Shown here one piece after another: positions 17,872 to 26,300 of a stretch of 64,000 bases of DNA. Position 1 is the first letter of the stretch, and every line of letters begins with the position of its first letter. The translations under genes were made by a program, and so were the position numbers. The DNA lies in the IMG/VR virus record IMGVR_UViG_3300036779_000023, positions 897 through 64,896 of that record. One strand, given 5' to 3'. A model generated the notes under the pieces. The model did not search any database and had not been told where the DNA came from. It saw nothing but the letters and a program-made list of their open reading frames with translations. This DNA is from a virus. Taxonomy: Duplodnaviria; Caudoviricetes.

Positions 17872-18500
17872 CGAACGATCGGCCCCGGTGGTCTTGCCGA
17901 TTGCACGCAGCTCTCTTCCGCCGCCATGATCCTCGGCGGCGTTGTTACGGCAGCCATCGCCATCAGCTTCATGTTTTCAAGCAGCGGCGCCTGCGCCTCG
18001 CGATAGATCGTCCGCACCAGCATGTGCAGATCGCGCTCGAACTCGATTGCCTGATCCCTGCTGTTGGGCATGTAACAGCGCAGGAAATGATCGACCTGAT
18101 GCGCCGTGATCATGGTGTCGCGATGTTCGGTGTTGAAGGTCAGCAGCGGCTTTGCCTCGGCTTGATCTATAGGCTTGTTGCTCTGCGTTGCATTCTGTCC
18201 TTGCGGGATTGCCGTGCACGGCTGTGGCTGCCGTGGCGGCTCCTGATAGGCTGGCGGTCCATCGGTTCGATCGCAGGTTTGCTCGTTTTGTGCAGCCCTG
18301 AGCATGTCCTTGCTCACCGGCGGATATTTTCCCTGCGTCTCTCTCGGATCAAACACCATAGTTCTCTCCTCTCCTGAAAAACTGTCGATGATTTCCTTCG
18401 TCATTGCCTCCAGCAAGTCGATGTCGACCAGCTTGCTGGTGTTCGCGGCATGGCAATAGCCCCGCGCCAGTGCCTGCTTCACTTGTGTCATTCTGTCCAT
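17868..18500 (-). CDS. Hypothetical protein
   Basis: 210 aa ORF abutting neighbours. Confidence 0.6.
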   Translation of the reverse strand: MDRMTQVKQALARGYCHAANTSKLVDIDLLEAMTKEIIDSFSGEERTMVFDPRETQGKYPPVSKDMLRAAQNEQTCDRTDGPPAYQEPPRQPQPCTAIPQGQNATQSNKPIDQAEAKPLLTFNTEHRDTMITAHQVDHFLRCYMPNSRDQAIEFERDLHMLVRTIYREAQAPLLENMKLMAMAAVTTPPRIMAAEESCVQSARPPGPIVR

Positions 18501-18734
18501 CTATCGCCGGCCTATGATCTTGATGCCGTCGTACATCGCGACCACGCCGAACTGATACTCCGGCGCGTCGCGCGTGATCAGCACGTCGTGGGACACTTCG
18601 TTCTGCAACATGTCAGCGAGAAAATTCGCCGTGGAGCGGTCGGTCTGAAGCTGCGGCAACGGCAGATTTTCTCGCCGCGAATTGTCGGCGATATAGGTCA
18701 GCACGTCACGCAACGGCGTCGGATGGGTGCTCAT
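18501..18734 (-). CDS. Hypothetical protein
   Basis: Start MSTHP with GGAGG SD. Confidence 0.6.
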   Translation of the reverse strand: MSTHPTPLRDVLTYIADNSRRENLPLPQLQTDRSTANFLADMLQNEVSHDVLITRDAPEYQFGVVAMYDGIKIIGRR

Positions 18735-18736
18735 GT

Positions 18737-19126
18737 TTACGCCTCCAGCACACGCCGCAGCTTCATCCTGTCGCCGTGGCGCACGAACACCCAGAGCTTG
18801 CCATTGTCGTCGGCCCACACCTGCTTGAGACCGACCTGCTCAGGGATGATGTCGCCGCTCCAGTCCAATTCGTCGATCTCGCCGGACATGATCTGCTCGC
18901 GCTTTTGCATGTGCTCGGCTTTGATGCGCTCCAGCGGCGTGCGTCCGTTCTCCGACACTCTCTCGTCCATCGTCACCTCCATCATCGAAACCACAGCCCA
19001 TTTCTGCTCGGGATTATCGCGGGCAAGGCGATGCGCCATCTTGAGCGCAAGCTCATGGTGCTCGTCGCCGTCGCCGAACTCGGCCGCGATCTCCTCGGTC
19101 CCCAGACAGACGACGCGATAGGTCAT
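18737..19126 (-). CDS. Hypothetical protein
   Basis: Start MTYRVV with ATGA overlap. Confidence 0.6.
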   Translation of the reverse strand: MTYRVVCLGTEEIAAEFGDGDEHHELALKMAHRLARDNPEQKWAVVSMMEVTMDERVSENGRTPLERIKAEHMQKREQIMSGEIDELDWSGDIIPEQVGLKQVWADDNGKLWVFVRHGDRMKLRRVLEA

Positions 19127-19308
19127 TTTCTCGGCTCCGGCCAGTTCGGCCAATTCCTCGCGCGCCACCAGTCCCAGCGCGGCTCTTTCATGCAGTCATC
19201 GCAAACGATGTATCGGGTACGGCCATAGCCGCCCGGCGGATTGACTTCGGTGAAATAATCCTCATCGGATTTCTCGACTTCACAATCGTCACATCTGGTC
19301 GTGAGCAT
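19123..19308 (-). CDS. Small Zn-ribbon-like protein
   Basis: CDDC...CDDC pairs. Confidence 0.55.
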   Translation of the reverse strand: MLTTRCDDCEVEKSDEDYFTEVNPPGGYGRTRYIVCDDCMKEPRWDWWRARNWPNWPEPRK

Positions 19309-19447
19309 CGCTTACGGCCCCCCTCACCGACAAATGGTAGTTGAGCCAGCGCCAGACATGATCGTCGTGCTGCTCAAAGCCGTTGAGGTACCGAGCATAC
19401 ATCGAGCGCCGCTCATGGCTGCAAATCTCCTGCAAGGTCATGCTCAT
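19289..19447 (-). CDS. Hypothetical 52-aa protein
   Basis: Manual ORF MSMTLQEICSH...; ATGA overlap; fills the gap. Confidence 0.45.
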   Translation of the reverse strand: MSMTLQEICSHERRSMYARYLNGFEQHDDHVWRWLNYHLSVRGAVSDAHDQM

Positions 19448-19767
19448 TCACCGAACAGCGCTTTACGCATTTCGGGCGACAGCATGGCGAATGTCTCTTG
19501 TCCGGACGGGCTCGCCGCCCATTCGTCGCTTTCTTCCTTGGTGGCGTCGAACTCGCCATTGGCGACGCGCGTGGCGAACTTGTTCAAGCCGTGCGCACGC
19601 AGTTCGGTGTAGAGCTGCGTGATCGGACACACATAGGTGTCGGAATAGTCGTCGAACTCGCCGGTCTCGGCGCGCTTGGCGAAGGCCTCATAGCGGGATT
19701 TCTTCCAGTGCGAGGCCTTCTCGGCGCATTTGCGCAGCTCGGCTGCGAGCTTGTCCCGCGTTCTCAT
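19444..19767 (-). CDS. Hypothetical protein
   Basis: 107 aa; internal repeat RAETGEFD / RVANGEFD. Confidence 0.7.
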   Translation of the reverse strand: MRTRDKLAAELRKCAEKASHWKKSRYEAFAKRAETGEFDDYSDTYVCPITQLYTELRAHGLNKFATRVANGEFDATKEESDEWAASPSGQETFAMLSPEMRKALFGE

Positions 19768-20093
19768 GCGTTCACCAACTTAGCACGTCGGAGCGCGGCG
19801 CCGAAGGTGGGGCTGCCATGAGACGCGATCCAGTCGAAATGCTCCGGCAGCTCCTCGTGGTTGCCAAGGAAAAACAATCCGGCGAAGCGTGGCGTGTCAT
19901 GCACGACATGGGTGCGCGACACCTCCACCCGATCGAAACCACAGGCGGAGAAATACTGCGCCAGCATGCAATGCCGGCAGTTCTTGTAGTCGTACCTCTC
20001 GAACGGATCGCATCTCTCCAGCCACGCGATCAGGGTGGCGAGCTTCATCGGGTCGCACGTCTTCGCTTTCTGCCAGTCGGGATTGTAGAGCAT
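19764..20093 (-). CDS. Hypothetical protein
   Basis: Start MLYNPDW with GGGAG SD; ATGA overlap downstream. Confidence 0.65.
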   Translation of the reverse strand: MLYNPDWQKAKTCDPMKLATLIAWLERCDPFERYDYKNCRHCMLAQYFSACGFDRVEVSRTHVVHDTPRFAGLFFLGNHEELPEHFDWIASHGSPTFGAALRRAKLVNA

Positions 20094-20116
20094 GACGATC
20101 TCCCTGTGATGAGGAA

Positions 20117-20148
20117 GCGGCGGGAGGAGCATCACCAACTCCCGCCGC
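20117..20148 (-). terminator. Stem-loop, probable terminator after the fibre cassette
   Basis: 10-bp perfect stem GCGGCGGGAG/CTCCCGCCGC; weak U tract. Confidence 0.45.
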
Positions 20149-20229
20149 CCGCGCTCAAGCCGGGGGCAGGGGGCTGTCATCGGCTCGGCGCGATGGCGAT
20201 CCTATGCCGGCCCCGTGCAGGCGGCAACC

Positions 20230-20454
20230 TTACTTCTTCTTCGACGGCGTCGCTGGCGGCGGCTTGATCGGTGGCTCAGTCGGCGGCCCACCCGGTGGCT
20301 CGACCGGCTCCGGCGGCGCTACAGCTTCCAGCGGCGGCTGCGGCACCGGATTATCGCGATTTACCTCTTGGCCGGCGGGGTGCTGCTCGGTAGGGATGGG
20401 GCGCACCTCGGCGGGATTTGGCGGATCGTTTGGGTTGCGGATTGGGGTCGTCAT
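20230..20454 (-). CDS. Small Pro-rich protein
   Basis: 74 aa; GGAG SD; GC3-rich. Confidence 0.55.
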   Translation of the reverse strand: MTTPIRNPNDPPNPAEVRPIPTEQHPAGQEVNRDNPVPQPPLEAVAPPEPVEPPGGPPTEPPIKPPPATPSKKK

Positions 20455-20572
20455 TGGACTGCTCCTTCTCGGTCTCGATGATGTTTTCGCCGCCAGCCGT
20501 GCTGATGCCTGCGGGCCTTCCTGCTGTCGGCCCGGTTGATTGCGGCGTCACTTCCGGATCAGGCGCGCTCAT
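20351..20572 (-). CDS. Hypothetical protein (uncertain)
   Basis: ATGA overlap with upstream stop, but about 100 bp overlap with the next gene. Confidence 0.35.
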   Translation of the reverse strand: MSAPDPEVTPQSTGPTAGRPAGISTAGGENIIETEKEQSNDDPNPQPKRSAKSRRGAPHPYRAAPRRPRGKSR

Positions 20573-21258
20573 GTCTTGCCTTTCTTGTCACTGGTGACCT
20601 TTGTTGCTCCCATCCGCTCGAAAATGAAAGTGCAGGCCCCGTAGGGCGGAGACGACTGCGGTGGATAGACCATGAACTCGAACACAGCGCCCTGATGCCG
20701 AAACGCATAGATCGTCCATGTTGCACTGTTGACTTCGATGGTATCCCCGATCGCAACGGTCGTGAAGAAACCGGCATTGTTGTTGGTGTCGCTGTCCTTC
20801 AAGGCGAAAGACAGCACCATTTCCCCGAGCGGATCGGTCGATTGATAACAAAATCCATTCGGTGGCGGACCGTCGAGTACCTGATAGTTGTAGTTCAGAG
20901 ATGTGAAGGTATCCTGCGTGTCCGGCGGCGGCACATAGTCAGGCGGCCAGTCCACCGGGTTGGTCGGATTGAACGGCTGATGCACCGGATATTGGCCATA
21001 AGACGCATCGGCCTGCTGCTGCTGCTGCGGCGTCGGCTTGCGCACCGCCGCCTCGACCTTCTGGCTCGTCACCGACAAATCCTGCATCGCCTGCTCGACG
21101 TCGCCGATGATGGCCTGCACCTTTTCTTGGCTGTTGCACGTCGACAGCGCCACCCTGATGATCTTGAACGCGGCGGTGTTGGCCGCAATCACGTCTCGCA
21201 GCGCCTGCTCATTGTTCGGCGCCGTCATTGCCGGCACCAAAAGCGCATCCGTGTCCAT
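20569..21258 (-). CDS. Hypothetical protein (helical N-terminus, beta C-terminal domain)
   Basis: AGGAG SD before MDTD. Confidence 0.65.
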   Translation of the reverse strand: MDTDALLVPAMTAPNNEQALRDVIAANTAAFKIIRVALSTCNSQEKVQAIIGDVEQAMQDLSVTSQKVEAAVRKPTPQQQQQADASYGQYPVHQPFNPTNPVDWPPDYVPPPDTQDTFTSLNYNYQVLDGPPPNGFCYQSTDPLGEMVLSFALKDSDTNNNAGFFTTVAIGDTIEVNSATWTIYAFRHQGAVFEFMVYPPQSSPPYGACTFIFERMGATKVTSDKKGKT

Positions 21259-21284
21259 CTCGATCTCTCCTTGCTTGAGGTTCA

Positions 21285-22739
21285 TCAGCCCACGCCCATC
21301 ATCGACAGTGTCACGCCGACCACCGCAGCCGCAGCGACCGGCGCATAATAGACCGTGATCAGCCCGTCGCCACCCACGCCTGTGACAAATGTCGCGGTCC
21401 CGCGACCATAGCCGGTGCCGCCGCCGCCTGAACCATAGACGCCGCCATTGCCGCCGGTCAGCGTATAGGTGCCGGTCGAGGTCGCAGCACCAGCGCCACC
21501 GCCGCCCCCGCCAAAGCCGTGGCTGGCGTCAAAAAACGTATCGGTGCCGCCACCCGCGCCGGCCGTTGAACCGGTCGTCGTCGTCGCAGTCGACCCAGCA
21601 CCCCCGGATGAGCCGGTGCCAGCTGCGCCGCTGCTTGTCCCCGGCGCACCTGTCAATCCAGCGCCGCCCGAGCCGAACGTCGCACCGCTGGAGGACGCGC
21701 CAGAGACAACCAGATTGCCAGCTCCGCCGCCGCCACCGCCTGTCGCGCTCGCTGCGATGGCATTCTGATTGCCCGCCGCATTGGGCCCGGCCGCACCACC
21801 GCCGCCGCCGCCGCCAAGCAGCGACGCCGTCGTCGTGCCCGAAGCACCGAGCCAGCCGAACCCGTTGAAATAGCCGATCGGCGGCGTGCCGTTGCCATTG
21901 CCGCCTGCTGTTGCCCCGCCGGTGATCCCGGATGCATTGCCGCCGCATGTCGAAGAGTAGCAGTTGAGCTGCGTCGCGGCTTCCCATTCGGTGTAGCTGG
22001 CGTTGCCGACACCGCCGCCCTTCACCGAAAAAGCAAACGTCGTCGTGCCGGGGACAATCGCCGTACCGGTCCCGGCCGCGAGAAACCAGCCCCAGTTGCC
22101 GCCCGCGCCGCCACCGCCGCCATTGCCCGAGGTGCCGATGGTGCCCGCCGCGCCATTGCCGCCGCTGCCCTGCAGATGGACCTGATGCGAAAAAGAATCG
22201 ACATCGAAAATCAGCGCAGAGGTGGCGCTCGCCTGCACCCATCCGGGTATGGTCGAATCATATATATACAGAATGCCGCTGGCGTAGCCGCCGGTGGTGT
22301 TGCCGATCACCTCGTAATAGTTGCTGCCGTCGACCGCGCCTGAGCGATCGACGACGAGGCTGTAGGTCGTCCCACTGACGACACTGACCGGCGTCGCAAA
22401 CGTGAACTGGGTCCAGCCGCCATTGCCGTTGTTGCCCATCCGCGTACCCGGGATCGTGGCCGATGTGCCGAGTAGCGTCGTTGCGGTCGAATCGTAGATG
22501 CTGACATAGATGTTGTCGGTCGGGGCCCCGAACCGGCTCGCCGCCAGCACGACCTGATCGATTTGGGCCGTCGCGCTTGGCACGAAGGTCTGTCTGATGC
22601 GCGTCGATGTGGTGGCGTTGGCAACCGACCAGAAGTTGGCGGTCGCCGGATAGTTGGACGTCAGCCGCTTGCCGACTTGCATGGTCGCGGGCGTCGCCCA
22701 TGGCGAGGTCGAGGCCTTGGTGAGGAAGACTTGCGTCAT
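21285..22739 (-). CDS. Glycine-rich fibre/receptor-binding-like protein with N-terminal beta-sandwich
   Basis: 484 aa; QTF...YVSIYD...WTQFTFATPVSVVSGTTYSLVV sandwich followed by poly-Gly GGGGGA tracts. Confidence 0.65.
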   Translation of the reverse strand: MTQVFLTKASTSPWATPATMQVGKRLTSNYPATANFWSVANATTSTRIRQTFVPSATAQIDQVVLAASRFGAPTDNIYVSIYDSTATTLLGTSATIPGTRMGNNGNGGWTQFTFATPVSVVSGTTYSLVVDRSGAVDGSNYYEVIGNTTGGYASGILYIYDSTIPGWVQASATSALIFDVDSFSHQVHLQGSGGNGAAGTIGTSGNGGGGGAGGNWGWFLAAGTGTAIVPGTTTFAFSVKGGGVGNASYTEWEAATQLNCYSSTCGGNASGITGGATAGGNGNGTPPIGYFNGFGWLGASGTTTASLLGGGGGGGAAGPNAAGNQNAIAASATGGGGGGAGNLVVSGASSSGATFGSGGAGLTGAPGTSSGAAGTGSSGGAGSTATTTTGSTAGAGGGTDTFFDASHGFGGGGGGAGAATSTGTYTLTGGNGGVYGSGGGGTGYGRGTATFVTGVGGDGLITVYYAPVAAAAVVGVTLSMMGVG

Positions 22740-23383
22740 TCGATCACCTTGAGGCCGAACTTCTGCAGCGAGATGATGTGATCGCGCACATTCTGCTGTT
22801 GCAGCGGATCACAGCTCCACATGCGATCGAGAAAAGTCTCCACCACTTCGCCCTTAGTCTCGAAAATCACGCCGCATTGATCCGGGCGCAGATGGATCGG
22901 CATGCGATCGTTGCGCGACTGCGAGGCGAGCCAGTCGCAGGCGTAGTCGCGGCAGGGCGAAGGCCGCACCGGGTGAATGCAGCAGCCGTTGACGCAAGAA
23001 TCCATGTGCGGACAGGTTTGATGCGCACCCTTGTTGAGAAAATCGGGAATGATCGCCTCCTTGATGCGGCAGCACGCCTTGCAGCCGCCGCACGGATTGT
23101 CCGGCGCCAGCACCGTCGTCGCATAGCGCTCGGCGAGGCGAATAGTGCGCGGGATATCGTCCAAGTCGATCGGATCAGCCATGCGGATTTTCGGCACCAT
23201 GATCCTGCGCTCGGTCGGCCCGAGATGAAACCTGATCTCCCAGTACGGCGTGATGACGAAACGCCAGCCGCCGCCATGGTCGAGCACGATGAACAGCCGT
23301 GAGATCGGCACCATGCCGCGACGCTTGGCCTCATCGCGAAAATGGATGGTCGCGCGCTCGATCTCGTGCCGGATATCGATCAT
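22736..23383 (-). CDS. YkgJ-like (CxxCxxCC) cysteine-cluster protein
   Basis: CGGCKACC...CPHM...C.IH..RP..CRDY.C.W. Confidence 0.75.
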   Translation of the reverse strand: MIDIRHEIERATIHFRDEAKRRGMVPISRLFIVLDHGGGWRFVITPYWEIRFHLGPTERRIMVPKIRMADPIDLDDIPRTIRLAERYATTVLAPDNPCGGCKACCRIKEAIIPDFLNKGAHQTCPHMDSCVNGCCIHPVRPSPCRDYACDWLASQSRNDRMPIHLRPDQCGVIFETKGEVVETFLDRMWSCDPLQQQNVRDHIISLQKFGLKVIE

Positions 23384-26300
23384 GTGTTCGACACATAGAG
23401 CGCTGTGACGAGGATCGATGACACCGCGCTCGACACCGTCGCGGTCCAGTTGTTGGCAGCGGTCGCCTGCACCACCGCGCTGTCGACCGGCACCGTGAAG
23501 CCGCGCGTGTCGCCGGCCGGGACCATGATCGTCATGCGCGTCGTGCCTGCGGTAGCGTCCTTGATGGCGACATTGACCGCCGTCGCGCTGGTATTGGCGA
23601 TGACGAGGCCATAGAGGTCTTGGAACACGCCTGCCGCACCTGCCGTCACGATGGTGGTTTCGGTGGCGACCGTGATCGTGGTGGCCTGCACGCCCTTGAG
23701 CTGGCGGATGGCGCCGACCACGACTTGCTTGCCGACCTTGTCGAACATCGCATTGACGCGCTGGCCGTCCGTCACCGCAGTCGGATTGGTGGTCTTAGCG
23801 AGGCCGCCGATCTTGATCGGCCAACCGCCGTCAGTGGTGCCAGCTGCGGTATCGCCTCCACAGATGCTGTTGGTCAGATCAACCGCACTTAAGGGAGATT
23901 GCGTCCATGCGACGGTGACGGAGCCGGTGCCCGCAATCACGGTCGACAGCCGCGCCCGAATCTGCCCCGTGCTGGATGGAATGATGTGGAAGCGCTGGTT
24001 GGTGGTCGCAGCACAGACATAGGGATTCGCCAGCGGCGCATACGTGGCGGGATCGACAAAGCGCTGTGGAGGAATCGTGACGTACGTGGCGCCATTGTCG
24101 TAGCTTTCTTCGAACGTGATCTGGCCGCCAGTGATCGTCGAGGTCTGCGTGATCTGACCAACGATCGTCGTCCACGTCGTCAGCGTGGAGTTGGCCAGCG
24201 CCGCCGTCGTATTGACACCGGTCGCGCTGGTCCATGCTGTACCAGCATTATAGGTCGCAGGATCAAGCTGAAGCGCCGCCGTCGCCGCGCCAGTGGGCAA
24301 TGGCAAAGCGGCGGCACTGACCCGCAGATTGCCGGCCGTATCGAGCGACAGCGGATCGCTCTGACCGGTCGTATAAGCCGGTGCACCCGTCGTCACCGCG
24401 CCCATCTGCAGCTGACCGTTCTGGCCCGAGGTGGCCGAACCGGAGGTGACGACAGTGGTCTGGTTCGCCGCCGTCGCCGCACCGGCCGGCAGCGGCAATG
24501 CGGCTGCAGAGACCGGCTGCGTTGCCTGCCAGAAGGTGCCTGAGACAGGTTGCGTGACGCCTGAGCCGTCAACGCGCAGATTGCCCACGGTCGTCAGCGA
24601 CAGCGCGTTCGCCGTCGCGGTGGTATAGGCCGGAGCGGCTGTCGTAACCGAGCCCATCGCCACCGTCGCGGCAGTCGGCATCGCGGCGCCGACATTGGAT
24701 GAGGTGCCGCCGCCACCACCACCACCCGCCATGATGTTGACGCGCAAGTAGCCGTTGGCATCGAGCTGCAGCGGACAGGAGTTGCCGGCGGTCAAGGTCG
24801 GCGGGCTCGACTGATAGACGCCGCCGGTCTGCAGCGAGTTGGCGGCTGCCGCAACATTCGAGCCGGCGAAATCCATCACCGCACCGGCATTGCCGACGAT
24901 CCGATTGGTCCAGTTGCCGCTTTGCGTCGCCGCCACCGTCCATGCGCCGCCTTGGTTGGCGGTGATCGTTCCCGAGATCGGCTGGGTGGCCTGCCAGAAC
25001 GTCCCCGACACCGGTTGCGTGACGCCTGAGCCATCGACGCGAAGCCCGCCGGCCAGATTGAGGCTGAGCGGGTTGGTCTGCCCGGTCGTATAGCTCGGCG
25101 CCGCCGTGGTCGCGGCACCCATCGACAGACCGCCGGTCTGGCCGCTTGTCGCGCTCGCCTGTGCGGCATTGGTCGGCTGGTTGGCAGAGATCGAGGCACC
25201 AGCCGGCAGCGGCAGGGAGGACGCGCTGACCGGCTGAGTGGCCTGCCAGAACGTGCCGCTGACCGGCTGGGTCACACCGGAGCCATCGACCGACACCAGC
25301 CCGGCGGCTGAGACCTTTGCCACCTCGACTGAGCCGGTCGCGCCGCCGGTAGCCGTACCGCCGAGCAGCACGGGCGGATTCGCTGCGGCCGATCCCACGG
25401 CGGTCGGGCCGAACACCGCGCCGCCGCCGGTGCCGCCGGCTACGACGTTGACGCGCAGATTGCCGGCCAGATCGAGGCTGAGCGGCGAGGTCTGGGCGGT
25501 GGTGTAGCTCGGCGCGCCCGTCGTCACCGCGCCCATCGCGATGTGGCCGGTCTGCCCTGACGTCGTCGATCCCTGTCCGGCATTGGTCGGCTGATTGGCC
25601 GACGTCGCCGCCCCGGCCGGCAATGAGATCGTGCCGGTGATGTTCGTGATATTCCACGCGCCGCCTTGGTTCGCGGTGATGGTGCCACTGATCGGCTGCG
25701 TCGCCTGCCAGAAGGTCCCGCTCACCGGTTGCGTGACGGATGATCCATCCACGCGCAGATTGCCAGTCGTCGTCAGCGAGAGCGGGTTGGTCTGGGCCGT
25801 CGTATAGGCCGGCGCAGCCGAGGTGACGGCGCCCATCGCGAGGCCGCCGGTCTGTCCCGACGTCGCCGAGGCTTGGCCCGCGTTGGTCGGTTGGTTGGCA
25901 GCGGTCGAAGCTCCGGTCGGCAGCGGCAACGCGGCGGCCGACACCGGTTGCGTGGTTTGCCAGAACGTGCCCGAGACAGGCTGGGTAACGCTGGAGCCAT
26001 CGACCGACAGCACGCCCGTCGCGGAGACCTTGGCGACTTGCACGTTACCGGTCGAGGTCGCGTTCGCGGTGCCGGCAACGAGAATGGGCGGATTGGCCGC
26101 AGCACTGCCGACCGGCGTCGGACCGAACACCGCGCCGCCACCGGTGCCGCCGGCCTTGATGTTGACCAAGAGATTGCCGTTGGTGTCGAGCTGCAGCGGC
26201 GAGGCGTTGCCGCTCGTGATCGCGGTCGGCGTGGTGTTGAACTGGCCGCCCATCATCAGCGCATTCGCCGGGCTCGACGCGTTCTGCCCGGGGAAGTCCA

